Below the pieces are notes generated by a model. That model saw only the letters and a list, made by a program, of their open reading frames with translations. It made no database searches and was not told the DNA's origin. A stretch of DNA of 58,350 nt, filler included, from a bacterium (GTDB taxonomy: Bacteria; UBP15; UBA6099; JAJRTR01): NCBI GenBank assembly GCA_024278215.1. It is 4 parts of 4 records of this genome, joined end to end, with 100 filler letters (N's around TTAATTAATTAA, not from the genome) between each part and the next. Parts side by side here need not be neighbours in the genome. Positions count along the whole stretch, not along the records: positions 1 to 10,342 come from JAJRTR010000017.1; 3 more parts are not named here. The stretch is one strand, 5' to 3'. Numbering within the stretch: position 1 is the first letter of the stretch; every line of letters starts with the position of its first letter. Positions 1 through 9,528 of the stretch are shown one piece after another. The position numbers were made by a program, and so were the translations under genes.

Positions 1-143
1 AATTGTTCAGAGCAAGGCGGAGGTGTAAAATCCTCGCAGACGTACTTGTAGAGTACGTCGAGGACGATTTTATGCCGACAACGCAGCTATGGACAATAGC
101 AGCCGACCGCAGCAGAATCAGAATTTTACAATTGGCTCAATAG
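1..143. repeat. Inverted-repeat (MITE-like) element, family A; right part, truncated by the window start
   Basis: Long hairpin at 2-97, then an end sequence GAATTTTACAATTGGCTCAATAG that recurs at 5257-5312, 36065-36128 and, degenerate, at 1729-1806. Confidence 0.75.
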
Positions 144-167
144 TTTATCGTTTGCGCAAATATGCTG

Positions 168-359
168 TAGTGTCGTTTCAACAAAGAAAAGACGTAAGAA
201 TGGGGTAGCATAAAAACGATAAAAGTGAAGGGCGGGGGCACCGTACCCGCCTCAGCTTGTGCCCGTACAAACTGTTTTCGTGAGAAATATGTTCAGGCGG
301 GGTGCGGTGACTCCACCCTTCACCTTCTTGCGACATTACATGCTTGACACGACTGTAGT
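168..359. repeat. MITE/REPIN-like element, family C, copy 1
   Basis: Approximate reverse complement of 33556-33752. Ends are TAGTGTCGTTTCAAC...CTTGACACGACTGTAGT. Contains two inverted GGCGGGG-CACCGTACCC(C)GCC palindromes. Confidence 0.8.
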
Positions 360-439
360 CGAGATACAACTATAAAAATATGTATGCCATGCACAAGATT
401 TTCTTTTGTGCATGTAAATGCGGTAAAGGAAAATAAACT

Positions 440-1102
440 ATGGAAATAAAAATCGCAAAAAACATACTGAACGCCAATGAGAACATTGCCGAAGAAAACA
501 GGAAACTTTTCGCCGAAAACAACATCCTTGCCGTCAACCTGATGAGTTCGCCCGGCGCGGGAAAGACAGAACTGCTCGACGCAACACTCGATGCGCTGAA
601 CGGGGGCCGCGCCGCCGTCATAGAAGGCGATATATGCACGACACTGGATTCGGAGCGGCTCGCGCACCACAACGTACCGCTCGTCCAGGTGAACACCGAC
701 ACAATAGGCGGCGCATGCCATCTCGAGGCGTCCATGATCCAGTCGGCGCTCGACGAACTCGACCTCGAATCGCTCGACATCATCTTTATAGAAAATGTCG
801 GCAACCTGGTCTGCCCCGCGGAATTCGACCTTGGAGAAGACATCGCAGTGTCGCTGCTCAGCACACCGGAGGGGGCCGACAAGCCACTCAAGTACCCGCT
901 TATGTTCAAGCAATGCGACGTATCTATCCTGTCAAAACTTGATCTCGCGGCACCGCTTGGGATCGACCCCGGTGAGATGGAAACGAATGTGAAGAGAATC
1001 AATCCCGATGCTCTGATACTCAGACTGAGCGCGAAAACCGGCGACGGCATGGACCGCTGGATCGACTTGATAAAGAGCAGGTTCGAAGAAAAAAACGCCT
1101 GA
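440..1102 (+). CDS. hypB: Hydrogenase nickel-incorporation GTPase HypB
   Basis: NLMSSPGAGKT P-loop, VIEGD, GGACHL, IENVGNLVCPAEFDLGE and KPLKYP motifs. Confidence 0.95.
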   Translation: MEIKIAKNILNANENIAEENRKLFAENNILAVNLMSSPGAGKTELLDATLDALNGGRAAVIEGDICTTLDSERLAHHNVPLVQVNTDTIGGACHLEASMIQSALDELDLESLDIIFIENVGNLVCPAEFDLGEDIAVSLLSTPEGADKPLKYPLMFKQCDVSILSKLDLAAPLGIDPGEMETNVKRINPDALILRLSAKTGDGMDRWIDLIKSRFEEKNA

Positions 1103-1243
1103 GAATATCGCGAAACATGATATAATCAAACATATCAAATTCAGCATATAACACGATTTTCATGTTTTGAGAACTGTTTCCCTGTTATCTATGTTGTTGT
1201 TTTTAGACGTTCGAGATCAAAAGCTGCAAAAGAGGGGCCGGAC

Positions 1244-1675
1244 ATGGAACAAAAGAGGGATGATATATTTAAAAGTATTTTCGAGGGGATGCCGCTGGGG
1301 GTGGCGACTTATCGTGTAATTCCGGCGAGTGCGGGCAGCCCGCCCGTGTTTGTCTTTGAAGAAGCGAATGAGGCTTTCAAAAGGATACTCGAGGTTGAAG
1401 GCCTGCATGTTGAAGGTAAAAAAGTTGGAGAACTGATTCCTTCCGGCAATCTGGACGAATGGAACCGGGCACTGTCTTTTTCCGCCGGCCCCGCCGCGGG
1501 AGGACTACAGAGCGAGTTTTTCCTCAATTCGCCGATCCATAAATGGGTACATGTGCGGGCGTATCCAATCGGCGACATCCGGGTCGCCGCGATATATACC
1601 GATATAACGCATGACAAGCGGCTGGAAAGCGCATTGTCGCTGGAGCGCAGTTTTCTGAAGACGGTTAGCTATTGA
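1244..1675 (+). CDS. Single PAS-domain protein, possibly a truncated sensor
   Basis: IFKSIFEGMPLGV...EANEAF...GKKVGEL...WVHVRAYP...YTDIT PAS pattern; GAGGGG RBS. Confidence 0.7.
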   Translation: MEQKRDDIFKSIFEGMPLGVATYRVIPASAGSPPVFVFEEANEAFKRILEVEGLHVEGKKVGELIPSGNLDEWNRALSFSAGPAAGGLQSEFFLNSPIHKWVHVRAYPIGDIRVAAIYTDITHDKRLESALSLERSFLKTVSY

Positions 1676-1728
1676 GGCGCTTCGCCGGCGTGGCGGCAGC
1701 TTGCGTGTGTGCAACGCGCATTATCATT

Positions 1729-1806
1729 TGAGCTGATTGCAGACGTGCCCGTTGCGAACGTAGCCCGGATTGGTGAAATATGCGGGTCGGTTGTGCAAGC
1801 GGCTCA
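1729..1806. repeat. Degenerate family A element containing a family B fragment
   Basis: TGAGCTGATTGCA...TGCAAGCGGCTCA ends. Internal CCCGGATTGGTGAAATATGCGGGT matches family B termini. Confidence 0.55.
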
Positions 1807-3423
1807 TTTCCGTTTTTCGCGCGCGTAGTCGAGAGCGGCACCGACAAAGGCGGCGAAGGGCGGACTCGGATTTGTCGGGCGCGACTTGAACTCGGGGTGG
1901 AACTGACAAGCGAAGAAGAAGCGGTGGTCGGGTATCTCGATGATCTCGACAAGGTCTTCGCCCGGGTTTATACCTGAAAACACCATGCCCGCTTTCTCAA
2001 ACTTTTTCCGGTAATCATTATTGAACTCGTAGCGGTGGCGGTGCCGTTCGTCGATTTTTGTTTTCCCGTAGCAGTTGTGCGCGATGGTTTTTTTGGTGAT
2101 TTTGCAGGGATACGCCCCGAGGCGCATCGTGCCGCCTTTGTCCGTGATGCCGCGTTGTTTGAGCATGAGGTCGATGACGGGGTGGGGAGTTTTTTCGTCG
2201 AACTCGGAGCTGTTTGCGCCTTCGAGTCCCATGATATTCCGTGCGAATTCGATGACGGCACTCTGGAGTCCGAGGCATATACCGAGGAAGGGAATGTTGT
2301 TTTCGCGGGCATACTGAATAGCCTTGATTTTGCCCTCGATGCCTCTGTAGCCGAACCCGCCGGGGACGAGAATGCCGTCGAGTTTTTTAAGTGTTTTCGC
2401 GCCGTATCCTTTTTCGATGCGGTTAGCGTCGATCAGCTTGATTTCCATTTCGACACTGTTTGCGATGCCGCCGTGTTTGATCGCTTCGTGGATGCTGATG
2501 TATGCGTCTTTGAGCTGGATATATTTGCCGATGATGCCGATGGTGACTTTGCCGTTCTCGGGGTGCTTGAGACGGTTGACCATATCGACCCACTCGCCTA
2601 TTTCGTTTTCGTCCGTTGTGACGATGTCGAGTTTGTCGAGGATGATGTCGCAAATATTCTGCTTGTCGAAAATCATGGGTATTTCATATATTTCGGGTGT
2701 GTCCTGCGCGGCGATGACACATTCTTTGGGAACATCGCAGAAGAGAGAAATCTTGGCCTTAAGATCATCTTTCAAGGGGTATTTTGTGCGACAAACGATG
2801 ATGTCCGGCTGAATGCCGATGCCGCGGAGTTCTTTGACTGTGTGCTGGGTAAGTTTTGTTTTGAGTTCGGCGGCGGGGCCGACATAGGGTACGAGTGAGA
2901 GGTGGATGTTGAGGCCGTTGTTGCGTCCGATGTCGTTGCGGAACTGGCGCAGCGCTTCGTAGAAGGGCTGACCTTCGATGTCGCCGACGGTGCCGCCGAC
3001 TTCGACGATGGCGACCTCGGCGCGACTGCCACGTGCCGCCTTGCGGATGCGCTGCTTGATCTCGTTCGTGATGTGCGGGATCACCTGTATGGTGCCGCCG
3101 AGATATTTTCCGGCGCGTTCGTTGCGGATGACGGTGTCGTAGACCCTGCCGGTTGTGATGTTGCAGTCCTGAGTGAGGTCCTGGTCGGTGAAGCGCTCGT
3201 AGTGGCCGAGGTCGAGGTCTGTTTCCGCGCCGTCATCCGTAACGTAAACCTCGCCGTGCTGGAATGGGTTCATCGTGCCGGCGTCGACATTAAGGTACGG
3301 GTCGATTTTGATAATCACAACGCGCAGCCCGCGGCTCTTGAGCAGCCTGCCTACGGATGCGGATGTGATGCCTTTTCCGAGCGATGAGACATTCCCGCCT
3401 GTAATGAATATGTATTTTGTCAT
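1804..3423 (-). CDS. pyrG: CTP synthase
   Basis: MTKYIFITGG..SSLGKG, DPYLNVDAGTMNPFQHGEV, GICLG, RHRHRYE, QFHPEF. Confidence 0.99.
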   Translation of the reverse strand: MTKYIFITGGNVSSLGKGITSASVGRLLKSRGLRVVIIKIDPYLNVDAGTMNPFQHGEVYVTDDGAETDLDLGHYERFTDQDLTQDCNITTGRVYDTVIRNERAGKYLGGTIQVIPHITNEIKQRIRKAARGSRAEVAIVEVGGTVGDIEGQPFYEALRQFRNDIGRNNGLNIHLSLVPYVGPAAELKTKLTQHTVKELRGIGIQPDIIVCRTKYPLKDDLKAKISLFCDVPKECVIAAQDTPEIYEIPMIFDKQNICDIILDKLDIVTTDENEIGEWVDMVNRLKHPENGKVTIGIIGKYIQLKDAYISIHEAIKHGGIANSVEMEIKLIDANRIEKGYGAKTLKKLDGILVPGGFGYRGIEGKIKAIQYARENNIPFLGICLGLQSAVIEFARNIMGLEGANSSEFDEKTPHPVIDLMLKQRGITDKGGTMRLGAYPCKITKKTIAHNCYGKTKIDERHRHRYEFNNDYRKKFEKAGMVFSGINPGEDLVEIIEIPDHRFFFACQFHPEFKSRPTNPSPPFAAFVGAALDYAREKRK

Positions 3424-3465
3424 TGTTTTACCTTCCCCTATCGCTATATTCGCCGCATCTGAGTG

Positions 3466-4257
3466 TCAGGCCGGCGTGTCGAGCAGCGGCGGCAGTGCGC
3501 CGAGGTTTTCTATAACGTAATGCGGCCGGCAGTTGTCGGGCAATGAGTCGAGTTCCTCGAACTTTGTTATGCCGGTGAGCACAAGGCAGGTGGTGACGCC
3601 TGCGTTGCGGCCGGCGAGGATGTCTGTTTCGGCGCGGTCGCCGATCAGCATTGTTTCATCGGCGGTGGCGTTCGCATGTTCCATGAGCCGGTGGATACCG
3701 AAAGCGTTGGGTTTGCCGCAAACGAAAGACTTGCGGCCCCACGCGGCTTCGAGCGCGGCGACGATCGTGCCGCCGCCGGGCAACAGCCGACCGCCCTCGA
3801 CCGGGAATGTGGCGTCTTTGTTTGTGGCGATAAGTTCCGCGCCTGCCTGGAGCGCGTCGAATGCGTCGGCCATTTTCCTGTATGTGAACTCACGGTCGTA
3901 GCCCACAACAACGTAGTCGGCGGTCTCGCGGTCTTCCGCGTCCACGATGGTGAATTGCGCGAGTTCTTCGCGCAGGCCTTCCTCGCCGACGATGAAAACA
4001 CGCGCGCCGCCGGGCGATTTCTCCTCGAGCCGGCAACACGCGGCGACTGCCGACGACATGACATCATCGGGCGTGGCCGGTATTCCCATCGAAGTTAGTT
4101 TTTCGCTGTAGTATTTTCTGCTTCTTGTGGAGTTGTTTGTCAGGAAACTTATGCTGAAACCCCTGTTTCGGAGGGTCTTTATGGTATCTGCGGCAAAAGG
4201 TTTAACCTCATCTCCCGCATAAATAACCCCGTCGAGATCGAATATCAGCAACTTCAT
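3466..4257 (-). CDS. HAD-IIA family hydrolase (NagD-like)
   Basis: FDLDGVIY, FLTNNS, CGKP and MIGDRAETDI motifs. Confidence 0.92.
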   Translation of the reverse strand: MKLLIFDLDGVIYAGDEVKPFAADTIKTLRNRGFSISFLTNNSTRSRKYYSEKLTSMGIPATPDDVMSSAVAACCRLEEKSPGGARVFIVGEEGLREELAQFTIVDAEDRETADYVVVGYDREFTYRKMADAFDALQAGAELIATNKDATFPVEGGRLLPGGGTIVAALEAAWGRKSFVCGKPNAFGIHRLMEHANATADETMLIGDRAETDILAGRNAGVTTCLVLTGITKFEELDSLPDNCRPHYVIENLGALPPLLDTPA

Positions 4258-4443
4258 TCAGGCCTTTTCTAAGGAAAACCCCGCTTCCTGGCTTGTTGTT
4301 TTTCTATTTCGTGATCCATGTCAAATAAATCAATTATTCGCTTGCGGATTATACCTGTATCAATTATGCCGCATACAAACTGATTCGTATGTTGCCGCAG
4401 ACGCATCAATAGTAAAAAAATCTTCCATCGACGACACAGCCGG

Positions 4444-5100
4444 TCAAAGTATATCCCCGAGCCCGGCGTTTTCCCAGTCTTTCAGGAAGTTCGAGTTTCC
4501 GATGTCGGTGAGCGGGTGCTTGAAGAGCTTCAGCAACGGAGCGTAGGGCACAGTGGCGATGTGCGAGCCGAGCTGTATGGCCTGCACGACATGCTGCACA
4601 TGACGGACACTTGCAGAGATGACCTCCGAGTCGAAACAGAATTCGTTGATCATGTCCACACAGTCGCCGACAAGTTCCATGCCGTCGTAGCCGATGTCGT
4701 CGATGCGACCAATGAAGGGGCTGATGAAAGACGCGCCCGCCTTGCAGGCGATGAGCGCCTGGGGCAGCGAGAAAATCAGTGTAACATTCGTCCTGATGCC
4801 CTCCGCGGTGAGCGTCTTTACCGCTTTCATGCCTTCCGGACACATCGGGATTTTTATCACGATGTTATCCGCCCAGCCGGCCACATGGCGTGCTTCTTTC
4901 AGCATTCCGTCGCAATCCTGCGCGATAACTTCCGCACTAACAGGACCGTCGACAATGCCGCATATCTCCTCGATCAGTTCGCGGAAACCTTTCTTTTCCT
5001 TTGCGATCAGGGACGGGTTGGTCGTGACCCCGTCGAGAAGGCCCAGGTCGTTGACTTCCTGTATCTGTTCAATATTCGCGGTATCTATGAAAAATTTCAT
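4444..5100 (-). CDS. tal: Transaldolase / fructose-6-phosphate aldolase (MipB/TalC type)
   Basis: MKFFIDTAN, GVTTNPSL, VIKIP, TNVTLIFS, SPFIGRIDD. Start reset to ATG at 5100, which has a GAAGGGGG RBS. Confidence 0.93.
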   Translation of the reverse strand: MKFFIDTANIEQIQEVNDLGLLDGVTTNPSLIAKEKKGFRELIEEICGIVDGPVSAEVIAQDCDGMLKEARHVAGWADNIVIKIPMCPEGMKAVKTLTAEGIRTNVTLIFSLPQALIACKAGASFISPFIGRIDDIGYDGMELVGDCVDMINEFCFDSEVISASVRHVQHVVQAIQLGSHIATVPYAPLLKLFKHPLTDIGNSNFLKDWENAGLGDIL

Positions 5101-5256
5101 GATTTCCCCCTTCAATATTACTAAAAAACCTCGCGGAACCTCAAAACGGCTATAAATGAAACGGCCCCCGGGCGGGGGACGAACTCCTGGAAGTTTTTTG
5201 TGATCTTCCACCTCTGGTTTTTGATAATTATATCAAAACCGTTCAGCTTGTCAAAT

Positions 5257-5312
5257 CTATTGAGCTGATTGCAAAATTCTGATTCTGCCGCATTTTACAA
5301 TCGGCTCAATAG
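5257..5312. repeat. Minimal, internally deleted family A element (both termini only)
   Basis: CTATTGAGCTGATTGCAAAAT...ATTTTACAATCGGCTCAATAG; the left part is a near reverse complement of about 111-143. Confidence 0.8.
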
Positions 5313-5534
5313 TTTGTGTTTTATATCACAATAGGTGGAAAATCAACCTGTTTCAGAGCCATGTATATTGCAAAATAACGAATAATAATGTAAAATATGT
5401 GTTATTGTGAGCTGCATTTTAAAAAACATATCCTGCATAGGCAATGAGACAACAGATAATATTAACGTAATAAACGATGCGAGGATTTCATGTTTTTTTC
5501 CGTTGTCGCCGCTTAACTGGACATCAATTTAATT

Positions 5535-7367
5535 ATGAAGAAGTTTTCTGTCGCATTAGTATTATTACTATTAGCAATTATTATCGAGGGTGGTAATAAA
5601 GCATCGGCTTCATTTCCCACTTTGGATCTGGTTGCTGTTGTGACGTCCGTCAAGGGCGATGTCCAGGTGCGCAGGGATACGGACCGCAGCTGGATAGATG
5701 CTTCCAACGGAGTTACGCTTCGGACCGGTGATGCGGTGCGAACTAAAAGCAGCGGATCATGCGTTATCAAGTGGGCGCGCGGTAATATAATGAAGCTTAC
5801 CCCGTTTACCGAAATTGTCCTCGACAAGCTCATGGTCACACCGGCTACAAAAACCGAGATGAACAGACTTGCTCTTCGCAAAGGTCTGATATTCGCAAAA
5901 GTGAAGAAGCTGGAAGGCGATTCTTCGTTTTCGATAACGACGCCGACGGCGATTGCGGCGGTGAGGGGAACAAGGTTTTCCGTGCAGATTGATGCCGAGG
6001 GCGCAACCATTGTCAAATGTTCTGAAGGCGAGTTGTCGGTGAAGAATCACAGAGGGGACGAAGTGATTCTGGGTGAGGGCAGGAAAGTGGAAGTGCGAGT
6101 CGGTCGGAAACCTGGAGAGCCGACAGATATGTCCGAGGAAGAATTCAAGGATTTTCTGGGGCAGCGAGAAATAAATATTCCGGATATGGTGGTGCTCGAG
6201 CCGGCGGGCGACATGGAAGTGACGAAAACGCCGTTGAGGATCAGGGGATTCGCCGACCCGGCGGTAACAATCACTATAAACGGCAAACGAAGTGTGGTTT
6301 CGGCATCGGGAGAGTTCGAGAAAGCGGTTGCGCTTGACGTTGGAAAAAACTGGATAATTATAGAAGCGAAAAACAGCAGTGGAAACACTTTGAAAAAAGA
6401 ATATAAGATAACTTACTTCCCGAGTGTAAGGAATGTGGCGGCTGCGGAAGAAAAAAATGTTGTGGAGACGGGCGGCGAGGACGAAGTCGAGATGAGCGAC
6501 TGGGATTCGGAAAGCCTGGAAATCGATTACCCGCCCGCCGGTTATCTCACGCGCGATATGAGCATTACCGTCAGCGGAAAGAAACCGGTCGGCACGTCGA
6601 TGCTTGTAGTGAATGGGCGGCCTGTCGAAGATGCGGCTCCTCTGAGCAAAAGTTTCTCCACCAGGGCAGACCTGTTGCTGGAAGGTAAAAATGTTATCGA
6701 GGTGTCGGCTGTGCGCGGCGATAAGTTGATGAGTGATTCAGTGTCTGTCGTCAGGGACACGATTGCGCCGGACGTGACTATTGTAAAGCCGACAGGACAG
6801 TTCGATGTCACTACGGGAGATTGTGAACTGATCGGTACTGTGCCGTATTGCGAAGTGGCCGGTTTCACCGAGCCCGGGGTGATCCTTACGATAAACGACA
6901 TAAGACAGGAACTTGAGACTGACGGCAGTTTCAGCGCGGTTGTGCCCGTGGACTCGTCGGAATTTACGATAACCGTTTCGGCGGAAGATGACGCGGGCAA
7001 CAGGACCACCAAGGTAGTGACAAGGATGCCTCTGGACTCTCTGGAGATCGCGTCTCTGAGCATCAGTGTGAGCCCTGAAAGTATTGTTGCCGACAATGTG
7101 AGCACCTCCGTAATTACAGTAATCGGGCTGAACCATTACCAGCAGCCTGTATCCGGGGTTGACGTGAACTTGTCCACGAACTCCACGGGGGGGTATTTAT
7201 CTGAATCATCGATTTCTCTTTTTGGCGGAGTGGGAACGGCGATGTATCATGCCGGTATCAGCGGCACGCAGCGCAAAACTGTAGTGATAACTGTGTCGAA
7301 AGGTGGTGTAGCGGCCAGCGCGCAACTTATTTTACTGCCCGATTTCCCAGCGGAACCTGATGACTGA
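5535..7367 (+). CDS. Exported FecR-domain protein with several Ig-like domains
   Basis: Signal peptide; FecR signature LRTGDAVRT...ITTPTAIAAVRGTRF; repeated 'L.VG.N.I.IEA' Ig modules; C-terminal invasin/Big-1-like segment. Confidence 0.8.
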   Translation: MKKFSVALVLLLLAIIIEGGNKASASFPTLDLVAVVTSVKGDVQVRRDTDRSWIDASNGVTLRTGDAVRTKSSGSCVIKWARGNIMKLTPFTEIVLDKLMVTPATKTEMNRLALRKGLIFAKVKKLEGDSSFSITTPTAIAAVRGTRFSVQIDAEGATIVKCSEGELSVKNHRGDEVILGEGRKVEVRVGRKPGEPTDMSEEEFKDFLGQREINIPDMVVLEPAGDMEVTKTPLRIRGFADPAVTITINGKRSVVSASGEFEKAVALDVGKNWIIIEAKNSSGNTLKKEYKITYFPSVRNVAAAEEKNVVETGGEDEVEMSDWDSESLEIDYPPAGYLTRDMSITVSGKKPVGTSMLVVNGRPVEDAAPLSKSFSTRADLLLEGKNVIEVSAVRGDKLMSDSVSVVRDTIAPDVTIVKPTGQFDVTTGDCELIGTVPYCEVAGFTEPGVILTINDIRQELETDGSFSAVVPVDSSEFTITVSAEDDAGNRTTKVVTRMPLDSLEIASLSISVSPESIVADNVSTSVITVIGLNHYQQPVSGVDVNLSTNSTGGYLSESSISLFGGVGTAMYHAGISGTQRKTVVITVSKGGVAASAQLILLPDFPAEPDD

Positions 7368-9297
7368 AACAGACGAGAAGAGAGAAAAACTTATTTTGGG
7401 ATTGGTGAAGCTTCCGATTTTGCTTCTGGTTTTTGTGACCTTGCTCAAGTGCGCTGTTGCATTTGCGCAGGAACAGAATGTTGATAACAAGGTGGGTATG
7501 GTGACTATCGTTTATCCTGAACCGGACACAAGAATTGAGGCTGCCAGGCCCATGATGGCGGTTGATTTCTCCGGGATGGAGACTGCTGTCGACCCATCGA
7601 GCGTCAGCTTGCTTGTCGACAGAGTGGATGTCACTTCCAACGCGGAGGTTACTCAATGGTATGTGATTTATGAGCCTGTTACTGACCTTGCGGCCGGTGA
7701 ACATAATGTTGTGATTACGGCAAAGGACGTCGAGGGCAAAAGCCTCGAGACTATTGCCTGGAAGTTTACAATCGGCGGCGCGAAACAGGACTTGTTTGAA
7801 AAGATGGTCCTGTATGAAAAAGGGCTCGGAGAGAAAGACAATACGATCGGACACTTGAGCTTAACTTCTGAATATACACATGCCGATTACACGTCTTCGC
7901 CGGATTACGATGTAACGGAGATCATGGAAAAAAAGGAGGGGATGGATCAGCTCCTGGACCTCGAGATAAGCAACATGTCCGCCGGCAGGTCTGTCGTCGG
8001 GGCCTTTTCTCGCAGGACACAAGCGTATACGGGCCGGACACTGGATGAATTGCTCATCGAGTATTCGGATTCGAACTTCACCGCCCAGACCGGAAACTTC
8101 TATCTCAAGATGTCGGACCTGACGATTGTGGGGACAGAAATGGCCGGTCTCAAACTGGATAAAAATATTGGCCGCTGGTCACTATCATTGTTCTCGGGCA
8201 GAACACAGGACCCGTCGACAAGTGGCACTTTCAAACAGATGACATCGGGAGTGAGCGGCACATTCGCGTGGGACAAATCGAACCGGACGTCTGTAACTGT
8301 CCTTCAGGGTGACGAACAGAGCAACTCTTTTTACGACAGGTATTCTTCTCCCGCCAGGGACAGGATTTTCAGTGTATTGCACGAGCATCGTGTTACGGAC
8401 GATATTTCGATGTCTTTTGAGGTCGCCGCAAACAGGAGAAAAGTGGCGAACGATGCCACGGACGGCGAAGAGGCTTTCAAGTTCAAGCTGTCGGGTAAGC
8501 AAAACAGGTTTTCCGGAAATTTCGAGCTTTATAATATCGACAAAGATTATGTGCCTGTCGGGGACGGCAACAATAAGTATCTTTCGAGCAACCGGGATGG
8601 GTTTAAAGGACGCGGTGCATACAGGGCCGCCAGGTGGGTGACTGTCGGCGCGGAGTATGAAGATTACGACAGTGAAGATGTGACGTCGGAGGTGTCGGAA
8701 ATTGTGAGAACAAAGCGCGGCAACGCTTTTGTCGCGATAGTCACTGATCCGTTCAAACAAATATCTTACAGAAAATCAAAATTGACGAATACAACGGGCA
8801 TAGTATCGGATTCCAACTCCTTCAATGTGCTGCTGCTGGTTCCGGATGCCAGTGTTTTTACGCGGACATCGGTTAGAGCCGGCTGGACGGATTCCGAATA
8901 CACTTCGCCGATTGTCGTGTCGGACAATACTTCGTATTCTTTCACGCTGTCGACACAATATCGAACAAATCTTTCTATGAGATTGTTGTTTATCAATATG
9001 AAGACGGATGACCTGACAAGAAACACGAGTACCGAAAATAAAAAAACGGGTGCCTATTTTGACTGGACAATAGACCCGGATAAGTACCAGCTCGAGAGCA
9101 GTTATGAAAATATTACGAAGAATGGCAGTTCGGTCGATACGCAGAAACAGGAAGTGAAGACACTTTTTCATATCACCGGCCACGAGTTTTTTGACTACTC
9201 GGTCGGACTTGATTTCGTATATTATGAAAACCGGATAAACCCTGAATATGATTTCGACCAGACGACATTCAAATCAGGGGTGGAAATGCGTTTTTAA
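7360..9297 (+). CDS. Putative outer-membrane beta-barrel with N-terminal Ig-like domain
   Basis: Signal-like hydrophobic segment, amphipathic beta-strands, C-terminal GVEMRF (Phe-terminal BAM-type motif); overlaps the upstream stop. Confidence 0.65.
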   Translation: MTETDEKREKLILGLVKLPILLLVFVTLLKCAVAFAQEQNVDNKVGMVTIVYPEPDTRIEAARPMMAVDFSGMETAVDPSSVSLLVDRVDVTSNAEVTQWYVIYEPVTDLAAGEHNVVITAKDVEGKSLETIAWKFTIGGAKQDLFEKMVLYEKGLGEKDNTIGHLSLTSEYTHADYTSSPDYDVTEIMEKKEGMDQLLDLEISNMSAGRSVVGAFSRRTQAYTGRTLDELLIEYSDSNFTAQTGNFYLKMSDLTIVGTEMAGLKLDKNIGRWSLSLFSGRTQDPSTSGTFKQMTSGVSGTFAWDKSNRTSVTVLQGDEQSNSFYDRYSSPARDRIFSVLHEHRVTDDISMSFEVAANRRKVANDATDGEEAFKFKLSGKQNRFSGNFELYNIDKDYVPVGDGNNKYLSSNRDGFKGRGAYRAARWVTVGAEYEDYDSEDVTSEVSEIVRTKRGNAFVAIVTDPFKQISYRKSKLTNTTGIVSDSNSFNVLLLVPDASVFTRTSVRAGWTDSEYTSPIVVSDNTSYSFTLSTQYRTNLSMRLLFINMKTDDLTRNTSTENKKTGAYFDWTIDPDKYQLESSYENITKNGSSVDTQKQEVKTLFHITGHEFFDYSVGLDFVYYENRINPEYDFDQTTFKSGVEMRF

Positions 9298-9300
9298 TGA

Positions 9301-9481
9301 TAACCCGCATATTTCACAAATGCGGGTGAAAAACCGGAAGAATGCCCATAATACAAGGCGCGGCAAGTGAGTGGTTGGGGAGCATACAGCAGGTATGTGA
9401 CCGATCCCGAATCGCCGCCGCAACGCAGTAGAATGGGGGTTCTCACGGTTTTCCGGATTTCTTTGTGAGAAATCCGGGATA
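9301..9481. repeat. Inverted-repeat (MITE-like) element, family B, copy 1
   Basis: Near-identical blocks to 14533-14733 (TAACCCGCATATTTC...GAAAAACCGGAAGAATGCCCATAATACAAGGC...TTTCTTTGTGAGAAATCC). Confidence 0.85.
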
Positions 9482-9528
9482 AAGGTTATATTGACGAAAA
9501 TTCGGATTGCCGGTTTGAGGAGGATGCA

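Noticed and set aside
440-1102. hypB without other hyp genes nearby
   Set aside because: Near the window edge, and dispersed hyp genes are common; not notable.
5101-5211. Extended transaldolase N-terminus
   Set aside because: The family start MKFFIDTAN with an RBS is at 5100.
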